NCBI GenBank assembly: GCA_951406725.2
Contig: OX597816.1
Span: forward strand, 81,530,001 to 81,594,000
DNA length: 64,000 nt
Source of the DNA: Octopus vulgaris
Lineage: Eukaryota
Reading direction: 5' to 3'
Both the position numbers and the translations under genes were made by a program. Of this stretch, positions 51,996 through 64,000 are shown piece after piece; positions within the stretch are counted from its first letter, which is position 1, and each line of letters begins with the position of its first letter. The notes beneath the pieces were generated by a model. The model saw only the letters and a program-made list of their open reading frames with translations. It made no database searches and had not been told where the DNA came from.

Positions 51996-52175
51996 TGGCT
52001 GCCCCCTTGTTATCGAGTATGGCCATTGCATGAAGCTTAACTGTTATTGGTGCTGTGGTCGAATGTGACTTTTTAGCCCAGCTAAAGATCTACAATGTCT
52101 TGTACAAAATTGGCAACTAAAACCTTTACTGGTAATAGTCAGCTGTAGTTGTAACTGGGCTTCATGTACCTTTGC
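51996..52175 (-). mobile_element. RTE (BovB-type) 3' end with C-terminal zinc finger
   Basis: FSCQFCTRHCRSLAGLKSHIRPQHQ* followed by a short 3' UTR. Confidence 0.65.
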
Positions 52176-52331
52176 ATATATATATATACTTAAACGACAT
52201 GCAAAGGTATATATATATATACACATAAGATACAGATCAGGAAATAATTTTATTCTTAAATGCCGGATAATGCTAATAATATCGCATGATCAGGATAAAC
52301 TATCCATATTTTGCAGAAAAATCTGTTGGAG

Positions 52332-52402
52332 GCCAGCCATGAGACTCAAACTCACATCCCTGTGATTACATATCAAGTGCTTTACTATTAAGCTAAACTG
52401 CT
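52332..52402 (-). other. tRNA-like cassette related to 30170-30240
   Basis: Minus strand gcagtttagcttaatagtaaagcact...gatgtgagtttgagtctcatggctg. Confidence 0.5.
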
Positions 52403-52861
52403 TGAATGACAAATTCTTTTGTAAATTTAGGATATATAAATCTAGCTTTATAAGACATTATCATATGTTAAATTCAACTTACATTGAAAGTCAACAACAA
52501 AGTTTGCTTTAGAAGCATTGAGATGTATTGAAAGATATATTACCCAATGTGTTCATTATCTAAAACAATGATTTGAGAAATATTTGGTTGCTATTTGTAT
52601 CAACCAAATTTCCTGCCTAAGTTAAGCAACTACAAAGAGATTCCTTTGCTAGCTTAAGTTGGCCAGGGAGAGATGAGATGCCGATTATGAATTAGAAGAG
52701 CAGAGGTTGTTGTAAAAGCATTTAAAAAGAGAGAAGGAAGAGTTTATCTGTGATCAGCAGTTGTTTATCCAGTAAAGTGTTAATGAGGGATGTTTGTGTG
52801 TGTAATAGTAGTGCCTTCCCATTTATGTGAGCAGAATTGAACAATATTCTGATATGTTTTA

Positions 52862-52914
<53 letters not shown>

Positions 52915-52917
<3 letters not shown>

Positions 52918-53176
52918 TATATGAAAGAATGGAATTAGGAATATGCAGCCTTCGAAGCATATGTCGAGAATAAAGGATATTTGTTAACTAGTTGTTCAAC
53001 TTCATTCTTTCATATACTTATAATTTTAAAATAAACATACAAATTTCCGCACGAAGACACGTAGTCTATGCCCTAGGGACGTAGCTTCAACCGTGTTCTT
53101 TCTGATATGAATTTGCTACCCAGGTATCGGTTAGCTTTCGAATTATCCTTTATAAGATAATTCATTCAATTACTCA
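52915..53176 (+). mobile_element. CpG-rich insertion inside a (TA)n tract, Penelope-like terminal fragment (tentative)
   Basis: (TA)n on both sides; cgaagCATATGtc then aataaa resembles the 3' half of a minimal hammerhead. Confidence 0.5.
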
Positions 53177-53399
53177 AATATATATATATATATATATATA
53201 TACTCTTGGACATAATGATGTGGTTGTAAGATTTGAACATATGATCATGTGGCCATAAAGCTAGCACCTTGACTTCACAACCACTATACTTCCTTTTTGT
53301 TAATGAAATAAATTGTAAAAATATGATAAGGCAACATTTAAATTATCCATATTTCCATATCCTAACCCTAACCTGTCTCTTTCAATAATATTGAATTTC

Positions 53400-53975
53400 A
53401 TTAATTACACTTAACAACAGAAGTTTTAAGCCACATTCTTCCTGTTCATGAAAATTACACTGTTAAAATCTTGACAATGCTAAGCTTCACACTTCTTGGA
53501 TGATGCTATTGAAGCTGCATCCTGAAATAAGGTTTCTCTTTTGACCCTAAAAATACTTCGCTTCTGATCAGTTACTTATTTCTTTCAACCTACATTAGAG
53601 TGCTATTCACATATTTGACAAATTGGTGTTGCTGCTATAATATTCAGTACTGCATTAAGAAAAATCCATATTGCTGTTTCACAAAAGCTCATCAATAACC
53701 TTCTAATTCACAAACCAGCTGTTCCTTCTCTTTACCTCTTTCACTACCACTACAATACCTTCTAATCCTCTAAACAAGCAAGCTGTGTTTCATCTCAGTT
53801 GAATCCCATTCAATGCATTTACCTGTACTCTTTACATTATCCTAATTGTGTTTCATCCTAAAGTCCTGTACTAAACTTTTTTCCAACCATTCCTCCTCAG
53901 AGCTGCAACCTTCTGGAATTCCCTCCCTGTTGACATTTTTCCTACTGAAGTTTAAACCGAATATCAGTATGAGTC
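53400..53975 (+). mobile_element. Decayed CR1/L2-like LINE 3' fragment
   Basis: RAATFWNSLPVDIFP motif near 53900-53945. Confidence 0.55.
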
Positions 53976-54209
53976 TAGAAGGACTTAAAGTGATTCACAC
54001 ATCATAGAGACTTTTGCTTCTTTCTTGGTTAATCAATAAGAGGGAAAACAGGCATGGCTGCAACCATGTAGTTTCAGGCTCAATTTCACAGCAGAAAACC
54101 TCAAACAAATACCTTCTACTATTGCACTGATTCAGCCAAAGCCTAGGAAGGAAGTTTTATAGATGGAAATTGAATGGAAACCTATCAGAGCTTTGTGTGT
54201 GTGTGTGTA

Positions 54210-55414
54210 CACTATGTGATCAAAAGTATCCAGACACCCCACAAAACATGTTTATCATAGAAGGTGACACAGTAGATTACAGAGGGCATCACAGTATTTC
54301 CATTTATCATACAGAACACATGGTCAGCAATCTCAGTAGTCAGCAGACAGTGCTAGACAACAGAATGGGATGCTCTGCAGAACTAACAGACTTTTGACAT
54401 GGTTAGAAGGTCAGGTGCCACTTGTCTAATAAGCCTGTGCACAAGATTTCTACCCTTCTGAACATCCCTAGGTTCATTGTTTCTGATGTAATAGTGAAGT
54501 GGAAAGATGAAGAGCTGACCTCCCATGTTAAGACAGCTAAGTGTTGAAGAGGGTTGTACAACATAATCGTCTATCACCTCTCACCACTATCACACAGGAA
54601 TTCCAAATTGCATCAGGATCTACTCCAAGCACCATGATTGTTCAGCACAAGGTGTGCAAAGTTGGTTTCCATGGAAGAACAGCTGCCAATAAGCCACATA
54701 TCACACAGACAAATGCCCAATGCCACCTTGTAAGAGCATTGAAACTGGACTATAGAACAGTGGAAAACCATTGTGTAGAGTGAGGAATCACAATGTGGCA
54801 ATCCAATAGTAGTGTGTGGGTGTGGTGAATGCCCGGTGAACGATATGCACAAACCTGTATGGTGCTGACTGTGAAATTTGGCGATGGTGGGGTCGTGTTT
54901 CTCCTAGTAAGGGCTTAGTCCCCTTGTTACTTTATATGGCACTGTCACAGCGCAAGCTTACAGTGACATTTTAACCACTCTCATGTTGCCTACCGTCGAA
55001 GACCAGTTCAGGTATGACCTTTGTGTTTTCCAACATGACCAAGTACCCATCCATTCTGCAAGGGTTGTAGGGGAGTGGTTTGACTACAACAGTGTCCCAC
55101 TAATGGACTGGCCTGTGCTGAGTCTTGATTTAAATCCCATTGAACAACTCTGAGATGTTTTGAAATGCTGACTTCATGCTAGACCACACTAACCCACACC
55201 AATACCTTCGCTCATTTCAGTGCTCCATGAAGAATGGGCTGCCATTCCCCAGGAAACTTTCTGCCGCCTAATTGAAAGTATGCCTGTGAGAGTGGAGGCT
55301 GTCATCAAAGCTAAGACTGGGCCAACACCATATTGGCTGCCAGTGTTCCTGATGGAGGATAGTCCAAATTTGTACTTCATTATCAGGTGTCTGGATACTT
55401 TTGATCACATAGTG
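54210..55414 (+). mobile_element. Tc1-family DNA transposon, both ends intact, transposase pseudogenised
   Basis: Perfect 29-bp TIRs cactatgtgatcaaaagtatccagacacc (54210-54238, 55386-55414), TA duplication; FQHDQVPIH...WPVLSLDLNPIEQL DD34E-type motifs with stops and frameshifts. Confidence 0.92.
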
Positions 55415-55429
55415 TATGTGCGTATGTAT

Positions 55430-57260
55430 CATCACCGTCTTCGTTTTCGCACTGTGTTATCCATCTATGCCTGAATTGGCTGTATTTCCTCCAGCACTAC
55501 TGATAACCACTTCTTGCTGTCCTTTATCATCATCCTGAGGTTTGGCATCCTAATATCTGAACTTTATTACTTCTTCCCATGTCTTCTAAATCTTTTATGT
55601 ATTCCTTCCTCTAGAATTGTTTAGTAAGTCTTTACCTAACTGTCTTTCTCAATATGTATCACACCTTTACCAACTCACTTTTGTTCCTTTCATACTGAGT
55701 TTTTCTCTCATCACATCTGTACTCCATTGTTCATGCACTCTAATATTAGACATCCAGTGGAACATGCTCACCTCATTTCTATCCTGCCTTCACATATCTT
55801 CCACAGTCAATGACCATTTTTACTACCATACAAAATTTCACTTCATATGCAAGCATTATTCAATCTGCTCTTTAACTTGAAGAGAGAAACCTTTTACTGC
55901 CAGAAGAAATAATAGCTTTCTGAACATTTTCTATCCTGTTCTTATTCTGTCTGTTAAGCTTTTGAAACACTTTTCTCTATAGCAAATTAGTTTTGCTAGG
56001 TAACAGAAGCTACCAATTCTAAGGAGCCTTTCAAGCATTTGAAAGAATTTAGTCATAGATGTTCTTGCTGCTAAATACTCTTGTGTATCTGCTATTCTCA
56101 AATTTCTTTACTCTGTTAGGAAGTCATTCATCAATATTTGTGTAAAAGCTCTCAAAAACCATAATTTCTTGTTATTCTTCTTAGCAACCACCAGACAACA
56201 GAGTGGCACCTTGTCAAAGACCTCCAGATCAAGAAAGCTAGTGAGTTACTTTTAACAAAGAACTTTTCCTATAGTTGTAGCTGCCTCACCAGCAGGAGAG
56301 CATCAGTCATATTCTTTCAAGACACAAACCCAAACTGCAGCTCATCTAAGCTTTTTATTTAATTCTTTCTGTGATTTTCACAATTTGGTCCATCTGTTTG
56401 ATGCTTTTACAGTTGCTTCTTTCCAAAGCATATTGTTTACCTTTGTAGCAGCCTGTGACGTTTTCTCATAGCAGAACACTGGCAAACCTCATAAATTTCA
56501 GCTTTTCTTTCTGTTACATATACATAATTTTCTACATACTCTTCTATGCTTGATAGTGCTACCTGCTCCCTTTCTTCTGATCTTTCCAGGACTGTCTCTT
56601 AGTTTTTATGGCCTTATCTACCATATCATTCCATCACCATGTCACTTTTCTTCTTGCTAGAACTGGTTTCCTTCTATAGAACTACTGTATGGCTCACAAA
56701 TTCCTGATTATTCTTTATGTCATAAGTTTCTATCCTCTTCTTATCATCATATGCATCAACTAGTATTTCTTTGTACCTATGTCTTACCAAGGGATTGTTT
56801 AATGTCCATATCTTCCTTCTCCAGATTGTCCAAAGTGTCACTGAGTTTGACTTGCTCTTATTTTGAAGTTTGCTGATCCCTAATTCATGTTAAGTGACAG
56901 ATTCTGGGTTAGACTTAGTATTCACAACTAATTACTTATTTACTGTGAGTATAAAATCTAACTGGGTTGTGTGTTTGCCTAATTGTTAGGTAACTGCATG
57001 GTTGGTCAGCTAACTTCATGAGATCACTATTGCAAATGATTAATCCATTTACATCACAAAACTCAAATCTCCAAGAGCTTTGATTCTTCTTTATTCAATG
57101 TACTACATTAGATCAGATTTCATAGTGTTGCACAGTATAATCATTAAGGCACTAATAATGAGGTGGCTATCATTTGTTAGTGAAGCTGTCTGCAAGAGGA
57201 TTTCATGAAAATGTCCTTTTCCTCATCTACCTGTCCTGATTGGAATGCATATGCACAGAT
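55430..57260 (-). mobile_element. Old RTE LINE remnant including APE endonuclease region
   Basis: Minus-strand AYAFQSGQVDEEK and KHTTQLDFILT resemble RTE APE motifs; many stops. Confidence 0.6.
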
Positions 57261-58713
57261 CACTAACAGATTGGAAAACTGGGTACAGTATTAAATCCTG
57301 ATGTATCTAAGTTTAATTATTGTGTCTCATATTCTGACTACAAGCAATCAAAAATATCTTGTGATATTTGATTTTGACTCAATTGTATCCCTCTACACCA
57401 AGGTCAACTTTGCCACTCCTTCTCATGAGATTTATAGAATAAGTATCTAAGAATTGACTCAATTAATTAGAATACCTTGAAGATAATGCTCTAAAGACTG
57501 AAAGCTGTAAAATAAAATTGAAAAATGTAATAATGCTTGCTTTAGTTTACTCAAATCAGGTAAAATCATGATCTACTTTTGAAACATGTTGAAAAATAAT
57601 AAAAGCTGACAGAATTTGAACTCAAAACAAAAAGAGATGAGACTAAATATTGGTAGATATTTTGTCCAATGCTGTACATATTTTGCCAATCTATCACTAT
57701 TCCCATCTCCAAATTGATACTAAGTTGGCAGAAACAGTGGAACTGGTAGTTGCTTTGCTTTTTATTTTACCAAGGCTGATAAAATAAGTACCAGTATTAT
57801 GCTTGGGATCTTTACCTTTCATTCTATTTCTCACCTACAAAAAAATTGGCCTTTTGCAGAGTAACCTCTCTCCACCACCTAGAAATCAATAATGATAAGT
57901 GTTAAAAAAGATAACAATAGAAGTAACACCAAAATTGGAAGATGATGATGAAATTATTGATGCAGATGCTATTGATGAATCCAGTGCACTGGCAGCAACC
58001 ATAACAAAATTATCCTCTATTTTATGTACTACAAAGAAACGAAAAATAAAAAATAAGGTGTTACCATGGTAACTAGGTTCTAAGAATGGAATAGATTGCA
58101 GTAGTGTGGAGGAGTGGAAGAAGAGAGAAGAGGAGAGATGAGCTATGAAGGCATTAGGTCATTCAGTCAGGTAAACAGATGCATGCAGGCTGTTCCAAGC
58201 AGTAGCTCTGTAGGAAGATGGTGAAGTTGGCAGTGCAGCAAGATAGAAATTAAATGTATAAAAAAACAGAAGGAAAAAGAGGAGGAAGCTTGCAGGTATA
58301 TTTTAAGGCAGTGTATGCAGCACAGGAAGAAGTAGTCAGTCAGTCAGTGTTGTTTATGTTACTCAGTAATCTTGGTCAGAGTCGCAGATAGTTGAGTCAT
58401 TAAGGTGTCAGGCTAACAATCAAAGAGTTGGCACTTCATATCCTCACCAGCATTGTGATATGTTCTTAACAGAGTCAATTAGCTCTCAACAGTTCAAGCT
58501 CACATACCTGTTGCATAAATAAAGCAAGAAGAGATACAACCCAGAATTGTAAGCTGCAGTAGCACTGTATAATTGACAAATAGTTTATTAGATTACTGAA
58601 CTGATTTCAATTCCTGCTGAGTGATTAATTTTCGCAGTTATATTATGGTGTTTCTATGACCCAATAGATTATGGGACTAACTCTCCAAACAAATCAGTTT
58701 GATTTGAACAGGT

Positions 58714-58938
58714 TTAATCCATTTTTAATCATATTTCTGTTAAAATAGTCTGGTTTTGTCTAAATTAATTTTGGAGATAATGAAACACTTAGTAAATAAC
58801 TCATTCATTAAAGTGGGGTTTGAAACATAAATTAACATGGAATTTTGATGGAAAGTTTTTATTTAGGTTACTTTCAAACAGAAAGTTTGTATTATGGAAC
58901 CAGAGGTGATCCTGGATGTGTTGGTATCAAAAGGATTA
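58714..58938. mobile_element. Decayed TTAA-flanked MITE (piggyBac-type)
   Basis: ttaatccattttt...ggtatcaaaaggattaa ends. Confidence 0.45.
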
Positions 58939-59754
58939 AAACACAGATGTAGGCAATCAAATGTGATAAATTTTCATATCCTTGACGTTACAAATATACA
59001 TTTCCTATATTGTTACAGTCACAAACATTTAATGGAGGGGCTAAATTAAACTGAATTGATCATCATTTTATTAGTTGTAGTAGGATGAAAGGCAAATATC
59101 GACCCTAGTAGGAAATGAACTTAGATGACAGAAAGATATAACTACATACTATAAAATATGCAGTTAGCTCTACAGCCTTTCTGATACTCCACAATTTTTT
59201 TCTTGTTACTTAATATAAAACGTCTGTTGAAATGAGTCAGAATAACTATTCTAGCAGAGGTTGTCTTTTATGTATTAAAAGAACTATTTTAAGATTAAGG
59301 GCTTAAGATGTTAAAATGTCTATTTTAAAAATGGTGGTGAGTTTGTTGAGAGATTTGGTTGTTATATTAAATGTATGTCACTTTACTGTTCTTCAGGGGA
59401 TGAAAATCTTTTTAGCAATGCTTTTATTAATTTGTATTATATCCATGACCAAGATACTTAATTGTTCACTAAGTTCACTGACTTAAACAGTAACAGTTAT
59501 TATAAAATTGATTAGTGTTTTACCCTTCTGGAAACAAGCTCAGAAGGATAGATGCACATAGAGTAATCAACCAACTCCTGTAAAAACATACTGTGCAAAG
59601 GATGTCAATGACACAAAAAGCTACATCCGAAATTTTTATACACAAAGAAGCAGAGAGATTTCAATTTCTAATGAGTTATTTCACATTAATTTTACAAAGA
59701 CATGTAGCTCACACTTCCTATTTCTCCTTTCCTGAAGTATCAGGTCTTTTTTTT

Positions 59755-60330
59755 GGCAGAACCATTAGCATGCCAGATAAAATGCTTAGTGGCATTTCTT
59801 CCAGCTTTTTCTGAGTTCAAATGCTGCTAAGCTCAACTTCACTCTTCATCCTTTCATTGTTGGTAAAATAAGTAGTGTTTGAGAAGTGGGGTTAATGTAA
59901 TCAACTTAACTTCTCCCTTAAAATTGCTGGCCCTATGCCAAAATCTGAAATCATTATTATTATTATTAAGATGGCAAGCTGACATAAATGTTAGCAAGGT
60001 AGACAAAATACTTTGAAGCATTTTTCCTGGCTTTACATTCTACTAAGATTGACTTTACCATTCATCCTTTCAGGGTTCATAAAAGTACCAGCTGAGCACT
60101 GGGGTTGATGTAATGGACTAGCCCCTTTCCTTGAAAATTTCAAGCCTTGTGTCTACAGTAGAAAGAATTATAATAAAGGTGATGAGGTCATAGAATTATT
60201 AATCAGTCAAACAAAATCCTTAGCAGCTTTTCTTCCAGCTCTTTATGTTCAGGGTTCAAATTCTGCCCAGTCAACTTTGCCTTTCATCCTTTTGGGATCA
60301 ATAAAATTAAAATGAAATACCAGTTGAACA
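59755..60330 (+). repeat. Three tandem SINE A copies separated by (ATT)n/(ATA)n
   Basis: Heads at about 59755, 59972, 60178. Confidence 0.75.
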
Positions 60331-61542
60331 TAGTGTAACTAGAAGAGAAGGCAATACAAGTAGAGAAAAAAAATCAGAGTAACAATCAGAAAGAAGTGAG
60401 GGTATTATAGGGAAACAGAATGATCGGTATGACAAGTATGGAAAAGGGAGAGATTAGTGGAACACTGCTAGGAAGAGTAATGGAAGAGAAATAGTAATGG
60501 CAAAGTGTAAAGAGACACAGCAAATTGCAGACAGTAATGAGAGAGAGAGAGAGATTAATGACAGCTATGTTTGTAAGAGAGCATGATGAATGTCAACAGT
60601 GAGTGATCTGAAGGAGAATGAGAGGTTAGCTACTAAAGAAAGGGTGATGAAATGAAAAAGTGAATAATGGTAAAATTTGACAAAATAATATAGTTTTCTG
60701 TCTCTCAAAGACCAGTAAAATAAGCACCAGGCATGTGTAAGAGACCAATTCTATGTATTGTTTGCAAGAAATCCTAATTTGATTGAGAGTAAGCAGTAAG
60801 CTTTTAGCTAGAAAAGTTTATAACTATTAATCTCTATCCAACGTTACTGAATTTCCACTGCTAATAAGAATTAAAAAAATTCACAATATCATCAATGTTA
60901 GGAATGATTATTTGGTTTCTGAACTCTATCCTATCAATTGTCCATTTTCTATGCTTGCATGGGTTGGACTGGTCTTCTCCAGCAGTGTCTTGTCATATGT
61001 TGAGGTGCATTGTCTCTTTTGTAAAAAAAAAAAAAAATCAATATTCTGAAATAAGCTTTCACTACTTCTTCCTGCCAGTTGGATTACTTGGTCTTTCTTT
61101 ACCTAGCTATCATCTTTCATATACATCACAGGTTTGAATCAAGTTGACCACTACACTAGTACATTACACCTAATTTTTCTCTGAATTCATTTGTACTCCA
61201 TCATTCAAACAAAATAACAATTCACACCCAGTGGGTCATGCTCTCCTCATTTTTTTCAGTTTCACTACCATGCAATAATGTATCATACAATCTGTCTTTT
61301 ATTCATAGATAATCCCTTCGTTGTGCCTAGGCACGATAGTTCTATAAACTTTTCTCCACTCCATCTTTACTGTAACTGCCATGCCTCTGGAACATCTACC
61401 TCTATTACTGATTAGATCATCTAAATTACAAAACAATCAACAACTTCTAGGTTGCCTTCTGGGCATTTCAAAGAATTCCATCGATGGAAGCTCTTCTGAC
61501 TACTCCTGTACATCTGCTACATATAAATTCCTTGTCAGCCTG

Positions 61543-61598
61543 CCTCTGATCCTATTGTATCACTTGTGCACCTCTGATCCTATTGTATCACTTGTGCA
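61543..61598. repeat. Perfect 28-bp tandem duplication
   Basis: cctctgatcctattgtatcacttgtgca twice. Confidence 0.9.
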
Positions 61599-63265
61599 CT
61601 TCTGCACGTCATTTTGACCAAATCCTTTTCTGCATATTGAGCTTCATCACTACCCAGATGGCCTGGAGTTCTGCATTCTTGCTAATTAAGACTGCTCTTA
61701 GTAGATTTGCTTTTAGCCCTCTTGGTTAATTGACCACTTCCATGTTTGAATGTTTTCTCTCATCATTTGATTGATTTAGTTGAGAGTACTGCATCTTAAG
61801 TATACAGGAGTTTTCACAGAGAGCCAGTCTTGAACTTTTCTTCAACCTAGAGAACTATAATAAACATGATGTGGCTGAAAACCAAGATTTGATAAACAGC
61901 AATTTGCTTTCTTTACTGAACTCTCCCCTTTCTGATCGTAGCCTTACATATGGATTGCATAGCTTTCACAAGTCATTCATCTACACCCAGGTTCCCAAGT
62001 GCCTTTCAGACCTCAGATTGTGGCCATCTCAGAATCAACAAGTGACTTGCTCTTACTTCTGTAGGAGGGAGCAAACCTAAACTGTACCTTTTTTTTAATT
62101 AGTTGTTACAACTCTCTTACTTTTCCATTTTGTCTCTATCGTTACTTCTTTCAAGAGCATCTTCTGTGCCCCTTGTAACAGATGAAATTATTGCTAGTCA
62201 TTGGAAACACTGATGTACTACCTAACTGATCATCTAAATAACTAGCAGGTTCCAACCTCAGTTTATTTTCAGCATCTCAGTGACTATCCTTGATAGCCCT
62301 GTTGTTTTCTCAGTTTTCATACACTCAATTGTTCTTTCAACATCTTTTCACCATCAACTTCAATAGCTAGTCCTTTTGTAGAGTCTATTCAGTTGGTCCT
62401 TATTTCCCTCATATATTCTTCTCAACCTCTCGAGTAGCCTTTGTTAGGGTGATAGGTTAAGACTATCATCCAAGAAGGCTACAGCAAAATTTGAATTTAG
62501 AATGCAGAGTTGAAACAAATACTGAAAAATTCTCATGATTCTATATCCTAGACTGGTATTTTATAGATCCCAGAAAGACGAAAAGTAAAGCTGACCTCAG
62601 TAGGATTTCCTCATGAAACAAGGAGCCAGACTGCAAGGGAATTTTTTCAATGCTAAAATGATTCTGTCAGTAGCTATGACTTGGAGACATTAGACTACAG
62701 TATTGAATTCCCCATTCTTAAAGTCACTGTAAGGACTTTTAGCATAACTATGGCAAGATATGACACCTTAACAACAGCTACATCCTCCCCCTACTAAGTG
62801 TCATAAAGATAGTTTCAAGCTAACCCTCTCTGCCTTGTACCATGAGACAGCCTCTTCACTAGCCATCATCCCGCCCATCTTTAAGGACTGCATGTTATTT
62901 GAAAGATAATAATAATAATAATAATAAAAAAAAACAGCCACTTCAACATCAAGCTGATATATCACAAAAGGAGAAAATTAACATACATTCAGATTAATAA
63001 CAATTCTAGTAATTGTGGTATGATCAAACACCAATGCTACACAATCACCACAGTTGTTTCTAGGAGGGCATGCAGCCATTAAAAGCTCCTGCTAAAATAT
63101 CCACCAAACACACATCAACATACACAACATAAACACATACGCAACTGACTTTTTTTTACTTATAATTATGACAATGCATCTTACATAACTGAATTGTTTT
63201 TAGCACATGCACTGCAAGCTACATACATAAAATTATTGGCTAAAACTTTAATGTCAAAATTTTTG

Positions 63266-63612
63266 TGTGGTAAGTAGCTTGCTTACGAACCACATGGCTC
63301 TGGGTTCAGTCCCACTGCATGGCACCTTGGGCAAGTATCTTCTACTATAGCCTCGGGCTGACCAAAGCCTTGTGAGTAGACGGAAACTGAAAGAAGCCCA
63401 TCATATATATGTATGTGTGTGTGTGTGTCCCCAACATCGCTTGACAACCGATGCTGGTATGCTTACGTCCCCTTAACTTAGCAGTTCAGCAAAAGAGACT
63501 GATAGAATAAGTACTAGGCTTACAAAGAATAAGTCCTGGGGTCGATTTGCTTGACTAAAGGCGATGCTCCAGCATGGCCAGTCAAATGACTGAAACAAGT
63601 AATGGAGTAAAA
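63266..63612 (+). mobile_element. SINE family B, uninterrupted copy with internal (TA)/(TG) microsatellite
   Basis: tRNA-like head, CORE-like accttgggcaagt, internal microsatellite about 63405-63428, 3' module ending tgactgaaacaagtaa. Confidence 0.8.
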
Positions 63613-63968
63613 GAGTATATCATAAACATAAATTTGAAGCAGAGAAAGAGCCCACATCTCTTGCTTGGTAGTCACAAAGAAACAGTAGATATGCAATTCA
63701 GATCATGTCATTGGTCCTTCCAATGTTTAATACCCAATATAAATTGCTTAACTAGATCCATGACAATGAGGAATTTGAAGATGACAAAGGCTATTTGGGA
63801 TTCTAATTAAAAGTAAAATCAGGTGCAAAATTTCACATTTCTAAATAAAAAAAAAAATATTAGTTATCTCTAGAGCAAAGGCCTGCTGAAGTAGAGTTGA
63901 CAGTGACTTCCAAGGGAATAAAAACAAGTGTTTTACAACTGAACTAAAATGATACTTCATTAATTTAA

Positions 63969-64000
63969 CCCTTTAGTATTTAAACCGGCCATATCCGGCC
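63969..64000. mobile_element. Start of piggyBac-type MITE (runs off window)
   Basis: ttaa|ccctttagtatttaaaccggccatatccggcc, same family as 2247-2468. Confidence 0.7.

Noticed and set aside
52044-52226. Host C2H2 zinc-finger exon
   Set aside because: Single finger followed by a stop and retroelement-type 3' UTR, between microsatellites; fits an RTE C-terminus

Overview
AT-rich, microsatellite- and repeat-dense animal genomic DNA. The SINE/RTE repertoire and long (TA)n/(CA)n/(CAT)n tracts point to a coleoid cephalopod (Octopus-like); this is an inference. Almost the whole window reads as intron. A CpG-retaining island at about 21.3-24.8 kb behaves like a bidirectional promoter. A + strand gene starts there with a short coding exon (23806-23887) encoding a basic, acid-free peptide resembling a mitochondrial presequence. 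A - strand gene probably runs from it to a 549-nt exon (3377-3925) containing a uORF and the start of an unidentified protein. The rest is layered transposon debris: three tRNA-derived SINE families, RTE, CR1-like and R4/Dong-like LINE fragments, a Tc1 relic with perfect TIRs, a maT/DD37D-like element, mariner and piggyBac-type MITEs, hAT remnants, and Penelope-like fragments sitting in (TA)n tracts. The most unusual structures are: a perfect 70-bp fold-back hairpin built around an abortive RTE 3' end (48111-48264); RTE 3' UTRs with variable arrays of a palindromic core plus hairpin spacers; internal tRNA-like cassettes with extended stems; and a SINE whose internal microsatellite repeatedly captures other elements. 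Most ORFs in the supplied track are microsatellite or repeat artefacts.
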